From positions 1 through 25,966 of the forward strand of contig JADGDM010000040.1 of assembly GCA_016744905.1 (NCBI GenBank): a DNA stretch of 25,966 bases. The letters run 5' to 3'. The position numbers were made by a program, and so were the translations under genes. This document shows positions 1 through 9,283 of the stretch, piece by piece (within the stretch, counting starts at the first letter, position 1; each line of letters opens with the position of its first letter). The notes beneath the pieces are model-generated. The model was given only the letters and a program-made list of their open reading frames with translations. It had not been told where the DNA came from and made no database searches. The stretch comes from Sulfurimonadaceae bacterium. Its GTDB lineage: Bacteria; Campylobacterota; Campylobacteria; Campylobacterales; Sulfurimonadaceae.

Positions 1-41
1 ATTTAAGATATTACATAGACTTCAAATAAAAGAGATTAGCA

Positions 42-2090
42 ATGAGTCAAATTTTCAATTCGTTAAATGAATCACAGTGTGATGCTGTCAAACAAATAGA
101 CGGTCCTATCTTGATTCTTGCTGGTGCGGGTAGTGGAAAAACAAAAACCATCACGACCAGACTTGCTTATCTCATTGACGAAGTTGGGGTTCCAGCAGCA
201 AATACCCTCACCCTCACCTTTACCAATAAAGCTGCCAAAGAGATGAGAGAACGTGCTTTTTCTTTAATGCAACCCACCTCTTATCCTCCACTTTTATGTA
301 CCTTTCATAAGTTTGGTCTGCTTTTTTTAAAGTTTAATATCAGTCGTTTAGGTCGCTTAAATAACTTTGTGGTTATTGATACCGATGATAAAAAGAAAAT
401 CATTAAAAAAATCAACACTGAACTTCCTACTCCACTTATCGCCAGTGAAATATCGAGATATAAAAATTCTCTTTTAACCCCACATGACGCCTATATGCAA
501 GCAGAACTTCAAAATTATAAAACCATTGCTAAAGTCTATGAAGAGTATGAGAAATACTTACATGAAAATAATTTGGTTGATTTTGATGATCTTCTTGCCC
601 TCACCTATAAGCTTTTAGAAGAGCATCCTGATCTGGCACAAGAGACCAGTAAAAAGTATCAATACATCATGGTTGATGAGTACCAAGATACCAATGAACT
701 GCAATTAAAACTGCTTCAAAAGCTCTGTACTTCTCACAACAATCTTTGTGTGGTTGGAGATGATGACCAGAGTATTTATGGATGGCGTGGCGCGCATATT
801 CGTAATATTCAAGAGTTTGATCAGGACTTTAAGGGTACCAGTGTTTTTAAACTTCAAGAGAACTACCGTTCAAAAGAGCCCATCTTAAAAGTAGCCAACG
901 CACTTATCGAGCACAACAGATCACGTCTGGATAAAAAACTTTTGCCTACGCGTGGTGATGGTGAAGCCGTTGCCCTTTTAAACTCTAATGATGAAAATGA
1001 AGAGTCAAGAAAAATCGCCAAACTCATCAATGAAAAAATTGATGAAGGTGTTAAACCAAGTGAGATAGCCGTTCTTTACCGTATCAATGCACTCTCTCGT
1101 TCCCTAGAAGATGGTTTAAACCGATCAGCTGTTCCTTTTAAACTCGTTGGTGGTCTGCGTTTTTATGACAGAGCCGAGATTAAAGACATCATCTCTTATC
1201 TACGTGTGATCACCAACTTTCATGATAACTTTTCAATCAAACGCATTATCAACAAACCAAAACGTGGTTTAGGAAAGGCCACACTGGATAAAATCGAGCT
1301 CGCTTCTATTAAAGAAGAGATATCAATGTTTGATTATATTGATAAACACTCTTTAGCTGAGATTGAAGCCTTGGTAAAAAAGAAAAATGCAAAAACATTA
1401 AAAGATTTTATAGCATCTATTAAGGATATCAAAAAAGTCTCTGATGAGTCTACCTATGAGTTTATTGACGCACTTGAAGAGACATTTAAAATCAAAGAGA
1501 TTTATAAAAATACACAAGAAGCTGTAGATAAAGAGCAAAATATTGATGAATTTTATGCCCTTTGGCGTGACTTTATCACCGGGCGTCCTGATGCTACACT
1601 TGATGAATTTTTAAATGAACAAACACTTTTAAGTGATCAAGATGAAGTAGAAGGTGAGAGCATCTATATCATGAGTATTCATGCTTCAAAAGGTCTTGAA
1701 TTTGAGCATCTATTTGTTATCGGTCTTGAAGAGGGGTTTTTACCACTTGTCGGTGAGGGAACAGATCTTGAAGAGGAGCGTCGTTTAGCTTATGTGGCTT
1801 TTACACGCGCTAAAGATAAACTCACTCTCTCTCATGTCTCTTCACGTTTTTATAAGGGACGTCGTAGTGACGTCGATAAAAGCCGCTTTTTAAACGAATC
1901 AGGTCTGACCAAAGGTTCACTCAAAATCGAGAAAAACACAGGCTTTAGAAAAGGCGATTTGGTACGTCATAAGATATTTGGCGCCGGTCGTGTTGTTGGT
2001 GTCAGTAAAGTAGGACGTGAATTTAAACTGAGTATCAATTTTGGTGGAAATCATCGCGATATTCTTGCCTCATTTGTGGAAAAACTTTAA
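42..2090 (+). CDS. ATP-dependent DNA helicase, UvrD/PcrA/Rep superfamily 1
   Basis: 682 aa. Walker A GAGSGKT near the N-terminus, DEYQD (DExx) box, and a GVVxV Tudor-like C-terminal tail as in UvrD/PcrA. RBS AAGAGA upstream of the ATG at 42. Confidence 0.85.
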   Translation: MSQIFNSLNESQCDAVKQIDGPILILAGAGSGKTKTITTRLAYLIDEVGVPAANTLTLTFTNKAAKEMRERAFSLMQPTSYPPLLCTFHKFGLLFLKFNISRLGRLNNFVVIDTDDKKKIIKKINTELPTPLIASEISRYKNSLLTPHDAYMQAELQNYKTIAKVYEEYEKYLHENNLVDFDDLLALTYKLLEEHPDLAQETSKKYQYIMVDEYQDTNELQLKLLQKLCTSHNNLCVVGDDDQSIYGWRGAHIRNIQEFDQDFKGTSVFKLQENYRSKEPILKVANALIEHNRSRLDKKLLPTRGDGEAVALLNSNDENEESRKIAKLINEKIDEGVKPSEIAVLYRINALSRSLEDGLNRSAVPFKLVGGLRFYDRAEIKDIISYLRVITNFHDNFSIKRIINKPKRGLGKATLDKIELASIKEEISMFDYIDKHSLAEIEALVKKKNAKTLKDFIASIKDIKKVSDESTYEFIDALEETFKIKEIYKNTQEAVDKEQNIDEFYALWRDFITGRPDATLDEFLNEQTLLSDQDEVEGESIYIMSIHASKGLEFEHLFVIGLEEGFLPLVGEGTDLEEERRLAYVAFTRAKDKLTLSHVSSRFYKGRRSDVDKSRFLNESGLTKGSLKIEKNTGFRKGDLVRHKIFGAGRVVGVSKVGREFKLSINFGGNHRDILASFVEKL

Positions 2091-2093
2091 TAA

Positions 2094-2951
2094 ATGGCGC
2101 AGGTGAAAAATAGCTACGACGAAAAACTAAATGCGCTCTTTGTAGGCTTCAAACCTACTGGTCTGAGTTCTAATCAATACATCGGTCGACTAAAAAGAAA
2201 ATTTAAACAAAAAAAAGCAGGCTATTCAGGTACACTTGATCCTTTTGCCAAAGGGGTCCTCATCTGTGCCTTTGGTGCCCATACCAAACTCTTTCGATTT
2301 TTAAAAAAAACACCAAAATCATACAGAGCAACACTTTGGCTCGGAGCATATTCTCCTACACTTGATACCGAACGCATAGAAAAAATAGATGATTTAGAAG
2401 CTTTTAAAGAGGCTACAATAAGAGAAGTCATCCACTCTTTACAAGGTGAACTTACCTACCTTCCACCAAAATTTAGTGCCAAAAAAATCAATGGTGTACG
2501 TGCGTATAAACTGGCGCGCTCAGATGCGGAGTTTGAAATGAATGCCATTAGTTCTGTGATTCATGATATAAAACTTATTCACTATTCTCACCCCTTTGTT
2601 ACCTTTGAAGCTACTGTCTCAGAGGGAACATATATCCGTTCTTTAGGTGAAATCATTTCACAACGTCTGGATTTAGAACCCAGCGCACTGAGTTATTTAG
2701 AGCGTCTTAATGAGGGAGAGTTTCGTTATAATAATGAAGTTTTTTTAGATCCTCTCGACTATCTTGACTTGGAAAAAAATATTTATACTCAAGATGTAGA
2801 AACTATTATCTTAGGTCAGAAACTCAAACGTGAAGATTTTGAGATCAAAGAACTTGGTACCTATTATATAGATAATGGTGCAACTTTTAGCATCATCGAG
2901 ATCACAGAAGAAAAAGTGAGTTATATACTCAACAAGGTAGAGAAATGTTAA
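2094..2951 (+). CDS. truB: tRNA pseudouridine(55) synthase TruB
   Basis: 285 aa. Catalytic motif [14 protein letters not shown] (GxxGTLDPxAxG with catalytic Asp). Position immediately upstream of csrA, as in Campylobacter and Helicobacter. Confidence 0.85.
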   Translation: MAQVKNSYDEKLNALFVGFKPTGLSSNQYIGRLKRKFKQKKAGYSGTLDPFAKGVLICAFGAHTKLFRFLKKTPKSYRATLWLGAYSPTLDTERIEKIDDLEAFKEATIREVIHSLQGELTYLPPKFSAKKINGVRAYKLARSDAEFEMNAISSVIHDIKLIHYSHPFVTFEATVSEGTYIRSLGEIISQRLDLEPSALSYLERLNEGEFRYNNEVFLDPLDYLDLEKNIYTQDVETIILGQKLKREDFEIKELGTYYIDNGATFSIIEITEEKVSYILNKVEKC

Positions 2952-3175
2952 TATTAACGCGAAAATTAGATGAATCAATTGTTATTAATGACAATATCAC
3001 TATTAAAGTCATCTCTATTGATAAGGGTATCGTTAAACTAGGTATTGACGCACCCCGTGAGGTAAGTATTTTACGTTCAGAACTTATTCAAGCGATTATG
3101 GAAGAGAATAAAAAAGACTCTTTAAGTATGGATGAGTCACTGCTCCAATCTTTCTACTCAAAGTTTAAAAAGTAA
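2945..3175 (+). CDS. csrA: carbon storage regulator CsrA
   Basis: 76 aa, [25 protein letters not shown]…[15 protein letters not shown] is the canonical CsrA fold sequence. Overlaps the truB stop by 7 nt. Confidence 0.9.
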   Translation: MLILTRKLDESIVINDNITIKVISIDKGIVKLGIDAPREVSILRSELIQAIMEENKKDSLSMDESLLQSFYSKFKK

Positions 3176-3180
3176 TTCAT

Positions 3181-3954
3181 ATGAAAAAGTATACTGCCTA
3201 TGCAAAGGTTAATATCTTTTTAAAGATCACCGGTATGCGTGAAAATTATCATGAAATACTTTCACGTTTTGTCTTAGTAAACAATCTTTATGATGAACTC
3301 TATTTCACCGCGAAAGAGAGTGAAAAGTTTGAAATCATTGGTGACTTTTCTTGTAATACTGAGCAAAATACCATCCATAAAGCATACATCGCTCTACAAG
3401 AGAGTATCCAGTCCAGCGCGCTGGAACGTTTAATGAAAACACACGCCATCAATGTAGATAAACGGATTCCAGCTTTTGCGGGACTTGGTGGTGGAAGCAG
3501 TGACGCTGCAACCTATCTTAAAATGTGTAACGAAGTTTTACATCTGGGACTAAGCGTAGATGAGTTAGCCATCATAGGTCTTAAAGTTGGTGCAGATGTT
3601 CCTTTTTTTATTTATGGATATCAAAGTGCCAATGTTAGCGGGATTGGTGAGATTGTTGAGGCTTATGAAGAAGAGAGTTTAGAGATACAAACCACAACAC
3701 CTGACATAGAGATCTCAACTCCGAAAGTCTATCAAGCTTTTAGAGAAAACTTTTATAAAGAGTTACATAGCGATGAAGCTTTAGAGTTAAGAGAAATGCC
3801 TTCTAAAGAGATTCTAGCGCGCTATGATATCGAGCGCGCTAATGATCTGTTTACTCCAGCATTGCAACTCTATCCTCGTCTTAAAGAAGCATATACTCAT
3901 GGCTGGTACTTTTCAGGTAGTGGCAGCAGTTATTTTAAAGTAGAAGGTCTATAA
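3181..3954 (+). CDS. ispE: 4-diphosphocytidyl-2-C-methyl-D-erythritol kinase IspE
   Basis: 257 aa. GHMP kinase motif PAFAGLGGGSSDAA and an N-terminal KINIFLKITG. Followed directly by smpB. Confidence 0.85.
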   Translation: MKKYTAYAKVNIFLKITGMRENYHEILSRFVLVNNLYDELYFTAKESEKFEIIGDFSCNTEQNTIHKAYIALQESIQSSALERLMKTHAINVDKRIPAFAGLGGGSSDAATYLKMCNEVLHLGLSVDELAIIGLKVGADVPFFIYGYQSANVSGIGEIVEAYEEESLEIQTTTPDIEISTPKVYQAFRENFYKELHSDEALELREMPSKEILARYDIERANDLFTPALQLYPRLKEAYTHGWYFSGSGSSYFKVEGL

Positions 3955-4407
3955 ATGGGCGAAACAATTGCCAAAAATAAAAAAGTCTTTCATGATTTCT
4001 TTATCCAAGATAAGTACGAGGCAGGTCTGGTCTTAAAAGGCTCAGAGATCAAAGCCATCCGTGCTAAACGTGTCAACCTCAAAGACAGTTTTATCCGAAT
4101 GGTTGAAGGTGAAGCATTTCTCTTCAATGCACACATCGGACTACTTGTCACAACACACGCACATTATCGTCATGAAGAACGAGGAAGTCGTAAATTACTT
4201 TTACATAAAAAAGAGTTGGTTAAATTAAATGCTGCGGTACAAAAAGATGGACTCACCATTGTGCCACTAGCACTTTACTACAATCACAAAAACTTAGTAA
4301 AAATTTCTATTGCCATTGCAAAAGGTAAACAGCTTCATGATAAACGCCAAGATCTTAAAGATAAAGATCAAAAGCGCGATATTGCCCGAGCCATGAAAGA
4401 TTATTAA
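3955..4407 (+). CDS. smpB: SsrA-binding protein SmpB
   Basis: 150 aa. [13 protein letters not shown]… and a basic C-terminal tail. The ATG abuts the ispE stop. Confidence 0.9.
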   Translation: MGETIAKNKKVFHDFFIQDKYEAGLVLKGSEIKAIRAKRVNLKDSFIRMVEGEAFLFNAHIGLLVTTHAHYRHEERGSRKLLLHKKELVKLNAAVQKDGLTIVPLALYYNHKNLVKISIAIAKGKQLHDKRQDLKDKDQKRDIARAMKDY

Positions 4408-4412
4408 AGTTC

Positions 4413-5783
4413 TTAATTACGTTTAAAATCATCACTTAATCTAACAATATCATCTTCGCCAGTATACTCACCTACTTGTGCTTCGATAAGAACTACAGGG
4501 ATAACACCTTCATTTGAGAGGCGATGAACTTCACCCATCTTGATATAAGTTGATTCATTTGGCCGGATAAGTTTTGTCTCATCACCTACGGTGACTGTTG
4601 CTGTTCCACTCACTACGATCCAGTGTTCATTTCTATGGTAATGTTTTTGTAAACTTAGACGTTTTCCTGGTTTAACAACAATACGTTTTATTTTATAACC
4701 TGGAGTATCTTCAAGAACGGTATACGTTCCCCACGGACGATGTACTGTTTCATGAATATTGTGTAGTTGAGAGTCCTGTTCTTTAAGTTGTTTTACGACT
4801 TGTTTTACTTTTTGTGAACTACCTTTTTTAGAAATCAATAAGGCATCACCAGTATCTATTATAATAAGATCTTCAACATCTATAGTAGCTACGGTTTTAT
4901 TATTGGCTTGAATAAGATTATTTTTACTATCGACAGAGATATGTTTTGTATCAAGAGTATTACCATTTTCGTCTTGAGGCAACTCTTCATACAGTGCATC
5001 AAAACTACCTACATCACTCCAAGAAATATCCGAAGGCACAACTTTAACATTAGTAGACTTTTCCATTACAGCGTAGTCTATAGAATCTTCTGGAATGTTT
5101 AGCATATCTTCTTGTGATATACGTATCAGTGAAGTGTCATGTTCTTTAGTTAAAGCACTTTGACAAGCCGTGTATATTTCAGGAGAATATTTTTCTAATT
5201 CATCAAGAAAAACTCCTGCTTTAAACATAAACATCCCAGAGTTCCAGTAGTAGTTACCTGCGTCTAGGTAAGACTGTGCTGTTTTAACATCAGGCTTCTC
5301 ATGGAATGCTTTTACGTTTAATCCATCAGCTTCTATATATCCAAATCCAGTCTCTGCGAAATCAGGAGTAATTCCAAAGGTCACTAAGTTGTTTTCTTGT
5401 GCTAGTGCACTTGCTTGTTCGATAACTTTAGCATAAGCTTTTTCATCTTTGATTAAGTGATCAGATGGAGTCACTAAAACAATTTCCTCACGAGATAGTG
5501 ACATACATGCCAAAGTAATAGCGGGTGCAGTATTACGTCCAACTGGTTCTAGTAAGTAACTGTTTTCTTTTTGATTCATCTCTTCTAGTTGATCTAGGGC
5601 TAAAAAGTACTGGTCTTGGTTTGAAACTATAAACTGAGAGGCACAGACTTTTGAGTTTCGTTTCACTGTTAGTTGAAAAAGTGAAGTGTCATCAAAGAGT
5701 TTTACAAACTGTTTTGGCATAAGTGTTCGGCTAATTGGCCATAAGCGCGTGCCTGAACCGCCACAGAGGATAATGTTTGTCAT
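4413..5783 (-). CDS. manC: bifunctional mannose-1-phosphate guanylyltransferase / mannose-6-phosphate isomerase (type II PMI-GMP, cupin C-terminus)
   Basis: 456 aa. N-terminal nucleotidyltransferase motif ILCGGSGTRLWPISR and a C-terminal cupin motif (…HRPWG…HYHRNEHWIVVSGTA). Convergent with smpB, only 5 nt between the stops. Confidence 0.8.
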   Translation of the reverse strand: MTNIILCGGSGTRLWPISRTLMPKQFVKLFDDTSLFQLTVKRNSKVCASQFIVSNQDQYFLALDQLEEMNQKENSYLLEPVGRNTAPAITLACMSLSREEIVLVTPSDHLIKDEKAYAKVIEQASALAQENNLVTFGITPDFAETGFGYIEADGLNVKAFHEKPDVKTAQSYLDAGNYYWNSGMFMFKAGVFLDELEKYSPEIYTACQSALTKEHDTSLIRISQEDMLNIPEDSIDYAVMEKSTNVKVVPSDISWSDVGSFDALYEELPQDENGNTLDTKHISVDSKNNLIQANNKTVATIDVEDLIIIDTGDALLISKKGSSQKVKQVVKQLKEQDSQLHNIHETVHRPWGTYTVLEDTPGYKIKRIVVKPGKRLSLQKHYHRNEHWIVVSGTATVTVGDETKLIRPNESTYIKMGEVHRLSNEGVIPVVLIEAQVGEYTGEDDIVRLSDDFKRN

Positions 5784-5789
5784 AAAGAA

Positions 5790-5845
5790 GTCCCTATCTA
5801 TTTAAGTAGTCGTATTATACTATTTTGCTTTTAGATTATACTTAC
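5790..5845 (-). promoter_or_regulatory. candidate sigma70 promoter for manC (two TATAAT-like -10 boxes on the minus strand)
   Basis: The reverse complement reads …AAGTATAATCTAAAAGCAAAATAGTATAATACGAC… 20-60 nt upstream of the manC ATG at 5783. Confidence 0.35.
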
Positions 5846-5848
5846 TTA

Positions 5849-5924
5849 TGGTCTCCCTACATGGAGTCGAACCATGAGCTATCCCTTAGGAGGGGACTGC
5901 TTTATCCAATTAAGCGATAAGGAG
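5849..5924 (-). tRNA. tRNA-Arg (anticodon CCU), 76 nt, CCA encoded
   Basis: Folded by hand from the reverse complement. Acceptor stem CTCCTTA/TAGGGAG (one G-U), U8. D-stem GCTT/AAGC with loop AATTGGATA (GG present). Anticodon stem GTCCC/GGGAT with loop CTCCTAA (U33, anticodon CCT, A37). Variable loop AGCT. T-arm CATGG-TTCGACT-CCATG. Discriminator A, then CCA. Confidence 0.8.
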
Positions 5925-5936
5925 TTGTAGGGTGTT

Positions 5937-6101
5937 TTAGTTGGTAGAGGTGTTAATGTCTATGACGCCCATAGAGCTATTTTGCTCATTATTTGCATCT
6001 TCACTAAGTAACATCGTAAATCCGCTAAAGAGAAAATACCCTGAAGTGAGTGCTGCAATGACGATATAGGCTATTTTTTTGATTTTTTGATTTTTTTCCA
6101 T
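5937..6101 (-). CDS. hypothetical small membrane protein (54 aa, single TM helix)
   Basis: Translation MEKNQKIKKIAYIVIAALTSGYFLFSGFTMLLSEDANNEQNSSMGVIDINTSTN, with a Lys-rich N-terminus followed by a hydrophobic helix. Below the ORF-track length cutoff and no convincing RBS, so only tentative. Confidence 0.3.
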   Translation of the reverse strand: MEKNQKIKKIAYIVIAALTSGYFLFSGFTMLLSEDANNEQNSSMGVIDINTSTN

Positions 6102-6180
6102 GGCGCAATATTAGCGAATTAACACTGTTGTAACACTTCTTTTTTACAATACCTTATATAATTTATAAGGAAACTATAAA

Positions 6181-8232
6181 ATGAAAAAAACTATCACGCT
6201 CTCACTTATCTTATCTAGCGCGCTGCTCAGTGCCGAAGTGGAACTTAAAACACTTAATATTGAAGAAACTATTATCTCAGATGTCGCTAAAAATGAGATA
6301 AAAACAGGAGATGTTGCTGAAACACTTGCTTCAAAGGTTCCAAGTATCTCTTTGGTTCGTCGTAGTGGCATCGCCAATGATATTATCTTACGTGGTCAGA
6401 AAAAAGACAACATTAATATTTTAGTCGATGGAACTAAAACCTATGGTGCCTGTCCTAATAGAATGGATCCACCTACCTCTCATGTTCTTTCAAACAATAT
6501 TGAAAGTATCACCATTATCGAAGGACCGTATGATGTTGAGAACTTTGGAACACTCAGTGGTGCGGTTGAAATCAAAACAAAAAAACCTAAAAAAGAGTTT
6601 GAAGGGGAGTTAAATCTAAACGCTGGTAGCTTTGGATATAAAAAAGCTTCTATGACTTTAAGTGGTGGTAGTGACAAGGTAAGATTACTTATCAGTGGAT
6701 CAGGAGAGCAAAGTGATCAATATAAAGATGGAAATGGGGACACCTTTGCTGATCAACTAGACAAAGCCATCCCCGCATCAAAGTACAACACTAAAGATGA
6801 CTTCAGACTTCAAGATCAATACCGTGATATGAAGGCCTATGAAAAAACAACATTACTCACAAAGATGTACGTTGATGTTACTGACGATCAAGAGCTAATG
6901 CTCTCTTATACCCGTAACCGTAGTAGTGATATCCTCTATCCAAACTCTAAAATGGACGCACTTATTGATGATTCTGATATCTACAATATCGAATACAATA
7001 TCAAAGACATCGGTGCTTTTTCTAAAGAGCTAAGTTTCCAAGTCTATGACTCATTTGTTGATCATCCAATGTCTACAAAATATAGAATGGCGTCTGTAAA
7101 ATCAGCAACCAATCCTATGGGTGGCCTAGTCACCAGCGCGTTGACCTCACATATGCAAGGCGCAAAAGCGATTAATGAACTCGATATTACAGACACATTA
7201 GAGATGGAAATTGGTCTCGATGCCAGTAAAAGAAACTGGGATGGAACATATTATAAAAATGATATTAGTATGAAAATGCCTGATGGTAGTGAGAAACGTA
7301 GTATTCATGATGTAGATACTATCAATAGTGCACTGTTTGCGAAATTTGATCAACACTACAGCCAAATTGACCTCTCTTTAGGTCTACGTTATGATCAAAC
7401 AACCATCACACCATCAAGCACAGATCAACAAAGTAATGACTACAGTGCACTCAGCGCCAATATTTTTGCCAACTATGCACCAGAACAATTTTTATCATTT
7501 TTCGCAGGAATGGGAAAAGCTTCTCGTGTGCCTGATGCGAGAGAACTTTACTTTAAAGGCAGCATGGGCAACATCGTCGGAAGCGATGATCTTAAACAAG
7601 TAACCAACTACCAAGTAGACTTAGGAATGGAAAATAGATACAGTAACTTCAACCTAAAAACAAAAGTTTTTTACTCAATGTTAGAAGATTTTATTGTTTA
7701 CAATTCAAGTAATGTCAACATGATGGGTTTCTCACAAAATGCTTATGATAATGTTGATGCTTCTATTTATGGACTAGAAATTAGTGGTGCTTACTACGTT
7801 ATGGATGAGCTTTACTTTGATTTTGGGGCAGCGTATCAAAAAGGTCAAAAAGCAGAAGCACTTCAAGGACAAACAGGGACAAACCTAGCAGAGATTCCAC
7901 CGCTTAAAGCCAACCTATCTCTCACGTATGACTATGCAGAAGATTCTATGGCGAAGTTAGAGGTATTGGGCGCAGCAACGTGGGACACGTATGATGAAGA
8001 AAATGGAGAACAAGAGCTTCCAGCATGGGGAATCTTAAACTTTAAAATCCAACACGCTATTTCTGAAACTTTAGAATTGACATTGGGCGCAAACAACATC
8101 TTTGATGAGACGTATGCATTGAGCAATACTTACAATGATATGATTTTACTTGGAGACAGTGTCACCACAGAGAAACTACTGATGAATGAACCAGGACGTT
8201 ACCTCTACACCAACCTCAAACTAAAGTTTTAA
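6181..8232 (+). CDS. TonB-dependent outer-membrane receptor, OprC/NosA-like (candidate copper receptor)
   Basis: 683 aa. Signal peptide MKKTITLSLILSSALLSA, TonB-box-like ETIIS, plug domain, and a terminal aromatic residue (…LKLKF). GACPNRMDPP gives a CxxxM pair like the Cys/Met copper site of OprC/NosA. TATATAAT -10 and AAGGAA RBS upstream. Confidence 0.8.
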   Translation: MKKTITLSLILSSALLSAEVELKTLNIEETIISDVAKNEIKTGDVAETLASKVPSISLVRRSGIANDIILRGQKKDNINILVDGTKTYGACPNRMDPPTSHVLSNNIESITIIEGPYDVENFGTLSGAVEIKTKKPKKEFEGELNLNAGSFGYKKASMTLSGGSDKVRLLISGSGEQSDQYKDGNGDTFADQLDKAIPASKYNTKDDFRLQDQYRDMKAYEKTTLLTKMYVDVTDDQELMLSYTRNRSSDILYPNSKMDALIDDSDIYNIEYNIKDIGAFSKELSFQVYDSFVDHPMSTKYRMASVKSATNPMGGLVTSALTSHMQGAKAINELDITDTLEMEIGLDASKRNWDGTYYKNDISMKMPDGSEKRSIHDVDTINSALFAKFDQHYSQIDLSLGLRYDQTTITPSSTDQQSNDYSALSANIFANYAPEQFLSFFAGMGKASRVPDARELYFKGSMGNIVGSDDLKQVTNYQVDLGMENRYSNFNLKTKVFYSMLEDFIVYNSSNVNMMGFSQNAYDNVDASIYGLEISGAYYVMDELYFDFGAAYQKGQKAEALQGQTGTNLAEIPPLKANLSLTYDYAEDSMAKLEVLGAATWDTYDEENGEQELPAWGILNFKIQHAISETLELTLGANNIFDETYALSNTYNDMILLGDSVTTEKLLMNEPGRYLYTNLKLKF

Positions 8233-8239
8233 ACAAACT

Positions 8240-8282
8240 TTAAAAGTTATAATATATTCACTTAAAATTATGTGGAGATATT
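8240..8282 (+). promoter_or_regulatory. candidate promoter/RBS for the SPFH-zinc-ribbon operon
   Basis: GTTATAATAT -10-like box at 8248-8257 and GTGGAGATATT-ATG Shine-Dalgarno. Confidence 0.3.
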
Positions 8283-9281
8283 ATGGCATTTTTCGATGGA
8301 ATCAAAAGACAACTACGTAGCGTTATTGAGTGGGACTCCCCACTTGAGGATCAACTCTTTTATCAGTGGTCAGACAATGGCGATGAAATCAAAAATGCTT
8401 CCACACTTATAGTCGGACCAGGTCAAGGCTGTATCTTTGTGTATGAGGGTAAAATCGCCTCCATCATCGAAGACTCTGGCATGGTCTCACTACTGACTTC
8501 CAACATCCCTTTTTGGACCACCATCACTAAAGTAATGCAAGCTTTTGAAAGTGAACATAAGGTCGGGCTCTATTTTTATAAAAAAACCCGTATCATGGAT
8601 CAAAAATGGGGAACGCGTTCAAGCATCAAGTACAACGACCCCAAATACAACTTCCCCGTCGCCCTACGTGCCTTTGGAAATTACAGCATGCAGATCAGTG
8701 ACCCTAAACTTTTTTTTACAGAAGTTGTTGGTAGTGCAGAAACATTTGAGATCAGCGCGCTACGTGAGGTGATGATAAACCGTTTGGTTCACCCACTGAC
8801 TGATTATCTCGCACAAGAACAACTCAGCTACATTGATATCGATGCGCGCCGTAATGAGATAGCCATTGACTTACAAAAGATACTCCACAGTGATTTTAAT
8901 AAGCTGGGCTTTAATCTTATCGACTTCCGCATAGAAGGCACTGAGTTTGATGAAGCAACCACAGAACGTATCAATAAAATAGCCGATGTCAGTGCAGATG
9001 TTCATGCAGCGCGCTCTGCTGGAGTGTCGTATCGTGAACTTCAACAACTTGATGCCCTTAAAGATGCCGCACAAAATGAAGCTGGTGCGGCTGGTGTATT
9101 TATGGGTGCAGGTGCGGGTGGTGCGCTCGCTGGGACAATGAATGAAACTTTCAACAACACAAGTTCTGGCGCGCAAGACGTAGCAAGTAGACTGCGTAAC
9201 TTAAAAGCACTCTTAGATGAGGGACTCATTAACGAAGCAGACTACAACGCTAAAAAACTTTCCATTTTATCTGAGTTATAG
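8283..9281 (+). CDS. SPFH/Band-7 (Band_7_1-type) protein with Gly/Ala-rich linker and C-terminal SHOCT domain (YdjI-like)
   Basis: 332 aa. N-terminus MAFFDGIKRQLRSVIEWDSP…TLIVGPGQGCIFVYEGKIA is typical of the Band_7_1 family. GA-rich linker GAAGVFMGAGAGGALAG. C-terminal LRNLKALLDEGLINEADYNAKKLSIL fits the SHOCT motif. Confidence 0.7.
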   Translation: MAFFDGIKRQLRSVIEWDSPLEDQLFYQWSDNGDEIKNASTLIVGPGQGCIFVYEGKIASIIEDSGMVSLLTSNIPFWTTITKVMQAFESEHKVGLYFYKKTRIMDQKWGTRSSIKYNDPKYNFPVALRAFGNYSMQISDPKLFFTEVVGSAETFEISALREVMINRLVHPLTDYLAQEQLSYIDIDARRNEIAIDLQKILHSDFNKLGFNLIDFRIEGTEFDEATTERINKIADVSADVHAARSAGVSYRELQQLDALKDAAQNEAGAAGVFMGAGAGGALAGTMNETFNNTSSGAQDVASRLRNLKALLDEGLINEADYNAKKLSILSEL

Positions 9282-9283
9282 GC

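Noticed and set aside
2222-2431. Antisense or alternative-frame small ORFs from the six-frame track. Examples: 2222-2431, 4908-5102, 6174-6377, 6428-6677, 7391-7603, 7932-8126, 8545-9229, 10680-10865, 11464-11649, 13298-13730, 14070-14389, 15136-15447, 16333-16651, 18316-19249, 20680-21485, 22408-22665, 24276-24497, 24987-25325.
   Set aside because: All lie inside longer ORFs that have strong family signatures. They have low-complexity or hydrophobic-shadow composition and no RBS, so they are treated as shadow ORFs.
4405-4415. Convergent smpB/manC stops only 5 nt apart, which is a possible sign of assembly error or of a missing terminator.
   Set aside because: Tight convergent packing recurs throughout this window (10494-10511, 12357-12370, 23634-23684), so it looks like genome style and not an anomaly.
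6071-6100. T7/T6/T7 homopolymer tracts as a phase-variation switch.
   Set aside because: Campylobacterota phase variation mainly uses G/C tracts. A/T runs of this length are common in AT-rich DNA, and the host ORF is itself only tentative. Kept as a minor note under the tRNA finding.
6102-6180. AT-rich near-palindrome TTATATAATTTATAA upstream of the TonB receptor as a Fur box.
   Set aside because: It overlaps the obvious TATAAT -10 element and does not match the Fur consensus convincingly.
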